From a virus (lineage: Duplodnaviria; Caudoviricetes), in the IMG/VR virus record IMGVR_UViG_3300021066_000083, positions 1 to 36,778 of that record: 36,778 nucleotides of DNA; one strand, given 5' to 3'. The notes under the pieces are model-generated. The model ran no database searches and was not told where the DNA came from. It worked only from the letters and a program-made list of their open reading frames with translations. Both the position numbers and the translations under genes were made by a program. Below are positions 33,801 through 36,778 of this stretch, piece by piece. Every line of letters starts with the position of its first letter. Positions within the stretch are counted from its first letter, which is position 1.

Positions 33801-36632
33801 GCGGCGGCGCTCGACTTCTACCGCTCCAAGAACGCCGCCATCGGCACGGCGACGGTGGTGGCCTCCGGCGATAGCCTCGGCGCCATCAGCTGGTACGGCG
33901 CCCAGCAGACCGGCACCTTTGCGACGCAGACGCTCGGCGCGCAAATCCGCGCCGAGGTCGACGGCACCGTCACCTCCGGTGCCGCCGGCGACATGCCCGG
34001 ACGTATCGTCTTCTCGACCACGGCCGACGGCGGCGCCACCGTCACCGATCGGCTGATCCTCGATGCGGCTGGTATCTTGAAGCCCAACGCCAATGACGGC
34101 GTGGCGCTGGGCACCGGCGCACTCAGCTACGCCGACCTGTTCCTCGCCTCCGGCGCGGTCGTCAATTTCAACAACGGCGATGTGACGCTGACCCATAGCG
34201 CCGACACGCTCACCTTGGCGGGCGGCACGCTCGTCGTGCCCGCCTCGGGCCTGCAGGTTGGCGCCTCTAATCCCTTTTCGGACAGCGCCGGGACGCTCAC
34301 CCTACAAAACGTCGACGCGCTAGACGCCACGACGGAAGCGACGATCGAGGCGGCGATCGATACGCTGGCCAACTTGGTGAGCGTCCAGGGGCACACGGTC
34401 ACCTTGACCGGCGCCTTCGTCCGCTCCGGCGCGCACTCGCTGACCCTGACCACCACGGCAACGACGACCCTCACCCTGCCGACCACGGGGACGCTGGCGA
34501 CGCTGGCTGGGACGGAAACGCTGTCCGCCAAGACGCTCACCTCGCCAATCATCACCACCGCACCGACCGCCGCCGGCGCCACCTGGACCGACCTCGGCAC
34601 GGTGACCACGGCCGACATCAACGGCGGCACCATTGACGGCGTCGTCATCGGCGGCGCCTCGGCTGCGGCGGCGACGGTGACCACGCTCACCGTCAACACC
34701 AACGCCAACCCGGATGCCAACGACGGCGCCGGGCTCGGCACTGGGGCACTCGGCTGGTCCGATTTGTTCCTCGCTTCTGGGGCGGTGATCAACTGGAATA
34801 ACGGCGACGTCACCGTCACGCACGCGGCCGACACGCTGGCCTTCGCCGGCGCCGCCTCGGGATATAGCTTCGACGCGGTGGTGACCGTCTCCGGCCTCAT
34901 CACCACCAGCGCCACCATCAGCGCCAACCTGTCGCTGACCGGCGACATCTCGCCGACGCAGCTCACCGCCAACCAGAACGACTACAACCCGACGGGTCTG
35001 TCGACGGCGAGCGTGTTGCGCCTTTCTGCCGACGCCTCGCGCTCGATCAGCGGCTTGGCTGGCGGCGCCGACGGGCGGGTGCTGTTTATCCACAACGTCG
35101 GCTCCAACGACATCGTCCTCCTCAACAACGGTCTCGACTCGTCGGCGGCCAATCGCTTCGCGATGCCGCAGAACCTGACCGTCACCGAGAACATGCTCGT
35201 CGTGCTGATGTACGACGCGACCTCCTCGCGCTGGCGCGCCGTGGGCGGCGGCACCGGCGGCGGCAGCTCCGGCCCGCCGGTCAGCGTCTCGGCCACCGCC
35301 CCGGTCGGCCCCGACGACGGCGACCTGTGGTTCGATACCGCGGTCGGCGGCCTCTACGTTTATATCAACGATGGCGACACCGCGCAGTGGATCGAGGCCT
35401 CGACCGGCGTCGCCGAGGGCACGCCCTCCGGCTACGACGAGCTGCGCCTCGCCACCACACTCTTGGGACTGCAGACCGCCGACAACGCCGGGGCGGCGCT
35501 GATCTTCGGCGACCGGATGTACGACAGCTTCGACGCCCTAACCTACGTGGATACGGCCGGCGCGACGAATCTGGATTCAGCCACGGCCGGGCTTCTGAAG
35601 CCTTCCCTTAACGGGCTCGACAGCTTTGTCGTGCTGCTCTTGCATTTCAACGGTGCCGACGGCGCGACGACGACCACCGACAGCTCCAACTCGGCGCACG
35701 CCGTAACCTTTGTCAACGGTGCGCAGCTCGATACGGCGCAATCGAAGTTCGGCACCGCGTCGCTGCTCTGCGGCGACGGCGTCGATGACTACGTTTACAT
35801 GGAAGATTCCGCCGACTGGGCGTTCGGCACCGGCGACTTCACGATCGACTTCTGGATCAAGCGCGCGGCCGTCTCTGGTTCTCAGGAGAATATGTTTGGC
35901 CAGGGCAACTCCGGCCTCACGGGCGGTTATCACTCTGGTCTCATTTCTTCATCCGTCGCGTCCCCGGCGCATACATTTCGCTTCGGCATGAACGACGAGA
36001 CCTTCAACGCGTCCGGCCCGGCCAGCGCCCTCAACAACACCAACTGGAACCACATCGCCATTGTGCGTAGTGGCAACAACTTGGCCGTTGCCGTCAACGG
36101 TTCCTGGGGCTCCAACGTCAACGTCACCGGACAGACCTACACCAACACAGCGACCCGCCTCGCCATCGGGCAGACGGGCGAGTTTACCGGGGGCTCATCC
36201 TTCAATGGCTGGGTCGACGAGTTCCGCGTGTCGAAGGGCATCGCCCGCTGGACGCCGCAAGTTAGCTTCACGTCGCCGACGACCGAGTACAGCAACACCG
36301 CCAACAACCTGACGGTCGCCTCGACCGCGTTCACCGCGGCGGTGGCGCCGGCCAGCATGCGGGCGGTGATCCGCGTCAAGGAGGTCGACGCAGCAGTCGC
36401 CAACACCGACTACACGCTGGAATTTTCGCGCGACAACGGCACCACCTACACGGCGGCGACCTTGACCGAGGACTTCACCTCGCCCTCGCCGACTGCCTCG
36501 ATTCGCGTGTGCAAGACGGCCGATGTGGACGTGTCGGGGCAGCCGTCCGGCACCTCGGTCAAGTGGCGCTTCAAGACGCTCAACAACGACAGTGTCGAGT
36601 TGCACGACGTGGCTCTGGAGTGGGCGGCATAG
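30861..36632 (+). CDS. Long tail fibre 2 (1923 aa) with repeated shaft motif and LamG/concanavalin-like domain
   Basis: SD GAGGAGG; same anchor domain as fibre 1; Thr/Ala/Gly-rich repeats; LLLHFNGADG...SKFG.ASL...DFTIDFWIK...WNHIAIVRSG...FNGWVDEFRVSKG.ARWT at ~35630-36290. Confidence 0.9.
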   Translation: MTRNAVEPRIVYAGNGSADDFNLVDDTSEPIYFRDNSDIVILERDDDGNVTTLVEGSDYDLTGGPDNGVATRTDGALPSGYKWSIRRQSELSQETDIASVGAWSAARVVIADMFDRTIEQLQEVNDKAERALKLDYFDVAYDATSKKIINVASGTLSHHAVNYGQLQTATIDGVFDFLGLDVLTVYDGGDLLLLYDVSEEEFKQITTANFIAEIIADGGLTIGEDVQAWDTHLDQIAALTPTDNNIIVGNGTAWVAESGATARTSLGITTGATDNAVLRADGAGGSTLQSSGVLIDDSHNLCPVTSDAGGLGTALLMWADAFFASGAVINFNNGDLTLTHAADTLTLAGGSLVLPSAGLTVGASVPFSDSAGTLTLQNVDALDATTEATIEAAIDTLANLTSIQGHTVTLTGAFIRAGAHSLTLTTTATTDVTLPTTGTLATLAGVETFTNKTLTAPSLTGTVALASGLVFNWNSGDLTLTHSADTLTLVGGSLVLPSAGLTVGASVPFSDSAGTLTLQNIDAIDTTTRDTLEAALELAFDTLDSLTSIVVTNTVNTARFINNADSASVQVARFEGDRASMADNDEAYLSFMLSNDAGTQTEMGRFTWVATDVNVATSVDSQLEWDVAIAGTLTRALVLNGTNLASGTNDLIALGVSGTAFADLFLASGGVINWNAGNATLTHSAGLLTTNVPLTITGLATAGGFSPTETTAAGNRMYLPAANTLGWSINGSGELQLTATALSPITNDGQALGVASTNMWADAFFASGAVLNFNNGDVTVTHATNALAFAGASSGYTFDAAVLPSANDIGALGASGQAFADLFLADGGVINFDAGTATITHVGASNSLTIAADTGNALGSTLITFALDGANELHISSAALYPASDDGLALGIVSTNQWADLFLATGGVINWANSDVTVTHSANLLAFAGSTGGYTFDNLAIVGHTTSLAVGGTARNLQVWGTTAATGGLSLGVASATAGTAAALDFYRSKNAAIGTATVVASGDSLGAISWYGAQQTGTFATQTLGAQIRAEVDGTVTSGAAGDMPGRIVFSTTADGGATVTDRLILDAAGILKPNANDGVALGTGALSYADLFLASGAVVNFNNGDVTLTHSADTLTLAGGTLVVPASGLQVGASNPFSDSAGTLTLQNVDALDATTEATIEAAIDTLANLVSVQGHTVTLTGAFVRSGAHSLTLTTTATTTLTLPTTGTLATLAGTETLSAKTLTSPIITTAPTAAGATWTDLGTVTTADINGGTIDGVVIGGASAAAATVTTLTVNTNANPDANDGAGLGTGALGWSDLFLASGAVINWNNGDVTVTHAADTLAFAGAASGYSFDAVVTVSGLITTSATISANLSLTGDISPTQLTANQNDYNPTGLSTASVLRLSADASRSISGLAGGADGRVLFIHNVGSNDIVLLNNGLDSSAANRFAMPQNLTVTENMLVVLMYDATSSRWRAVGGGTGGGSSGPPVSVSATAPVGPDDGDLWFDTAVGGLYVYINDGDTAQWIEASTGVAEGTPSGYDELRLATTLLGLQTADNAGAALIFGDRMYDSFDALTYVDTAGATNLDSATAGLLKPSLNGLDSFVVLLLHFNGADGATTTTDSSNSAHAVTFVNGAQLDTAQSKFGTASLLCGDGVDDYVYMEDSADWAFGTGDFTIDFWIKRAAVSGSQENMFGQGNSGLTGGYHSGLISSSVASPAHTFRFGMNDETFNASGPASALNNTNWNHIAIVRSGNNLAVAVNGSWGSNVNVTGQTYTNTATRLAIGQTGEFTGGSSFNGWVDEFRVSKGIARWTPQVSFTSPTTEYSNTANNLTVASTAFTAAVAPASMRAVIRVKEVDAAVANTDYTLEFSRDNGTTYTAATLTEDFTSPSPTASIRVCKTADVDVSGQPSGTSVKWRFKTLNNDSVELHDVALEWAA
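31812..34547 (+). repeat. Intragenic ~420-bp duplication (31812-32230 and 34128-34547) plus recurrent shaft motif
   Basis: Both copies encode ...LTLQNVDALDATTEATIEAAIDTLANL...GHTVTLTGAF.R.GAHSLTLTTTATT..TLPTTGTLATLAG.ET; partial third copy near 32250-32430. Confidence 0.85.
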
Positions 36633-36633
36633 C

Positions 36634-36778
36634 ATGGCAATCAACTTCCCATCCTCGCCGAGCGACGGCCAGATTTACGTCTACAACGGCCGCACCTGGG
36701 TCTATCGCTCTGCCAACACCGCCTGGGCGGCGCAGGCGACGCTGACCCCGGCCTACTACTCGTCGACCTCGGCGCCGT
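36634..36778 (+). CDS. Virion structural protein, 5' part only (runs off the window)
   Basis: ATG 1 nt after the fibre stop; MAINFPSSPSDGQIYVYNGRTWVY N-terminal motif common in phage fibre-associated proteins. Confidence 0.7.
   Translation, partial: MAINFPSSPSDGQIYVYNGRTWVYRSANTAWAAQATLTPAYYSSTSAP

Noticed and set aside
31812-34547. Fibre duplication as a DGR template/variable repeat pair
   Set aside because: Both copies are in-frame coding, differences are not adenine-specific, and there is no reverse transcriptase in the window.
1-36778. CRISPR array, tRNA/rRNA, integrase, transposase, att site
   Set aside because: No regularly spaced repeats, cloverleaf or recombinase motifs seen. Whether this is a free phage or a prophage cannot be decided from this window.

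Overview
High-GC, entirely plus-strand virion morphogenesis module of a podovirus-type phage or prophage. An alphaproteobacterial host is inferred from codon bias and promoter style, not proven. Gene order: major capsid (406-1230), decoration-like protein, three small accessory ORFs, tail adaptor (T7 gp11-like), nozzle (gp12-like), GNAT-like gp13, ejection proteins gp14/gp15-like, a giant ~5970-aa polyvalent ejection protein (11088-29003), two tail fibres sharing an N-terminal anchor with a chaperone-like ORF between them, and a truncated structural gene. The giant protein carries a DdrB-like ParB domain, a zeta-toxin-like kinase, six ADP-ribosyltransferase-like modules, a GNAT, LPD23, zincin HExxH domains and LPD38. 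Most notable: it hides at least three small +1-frame nested ORFs (14272-14604, 15394-15660, 17632-17847). Each has its own Shine-Dalgarno and a candidate sigma70 promoter, and each sits right after an effector domain where the main frame becomes a Gly/Ala linker with inverted codon bias. They are candidate embedded antitoxin or regulator genes. The effector cassettes are also delimited by a ~10-fold repeated peptide motif (possible processing sites), and a parS-like site lies inside the ParB-domain region. All domain calls come from motif recognition by eye; no database search was run.
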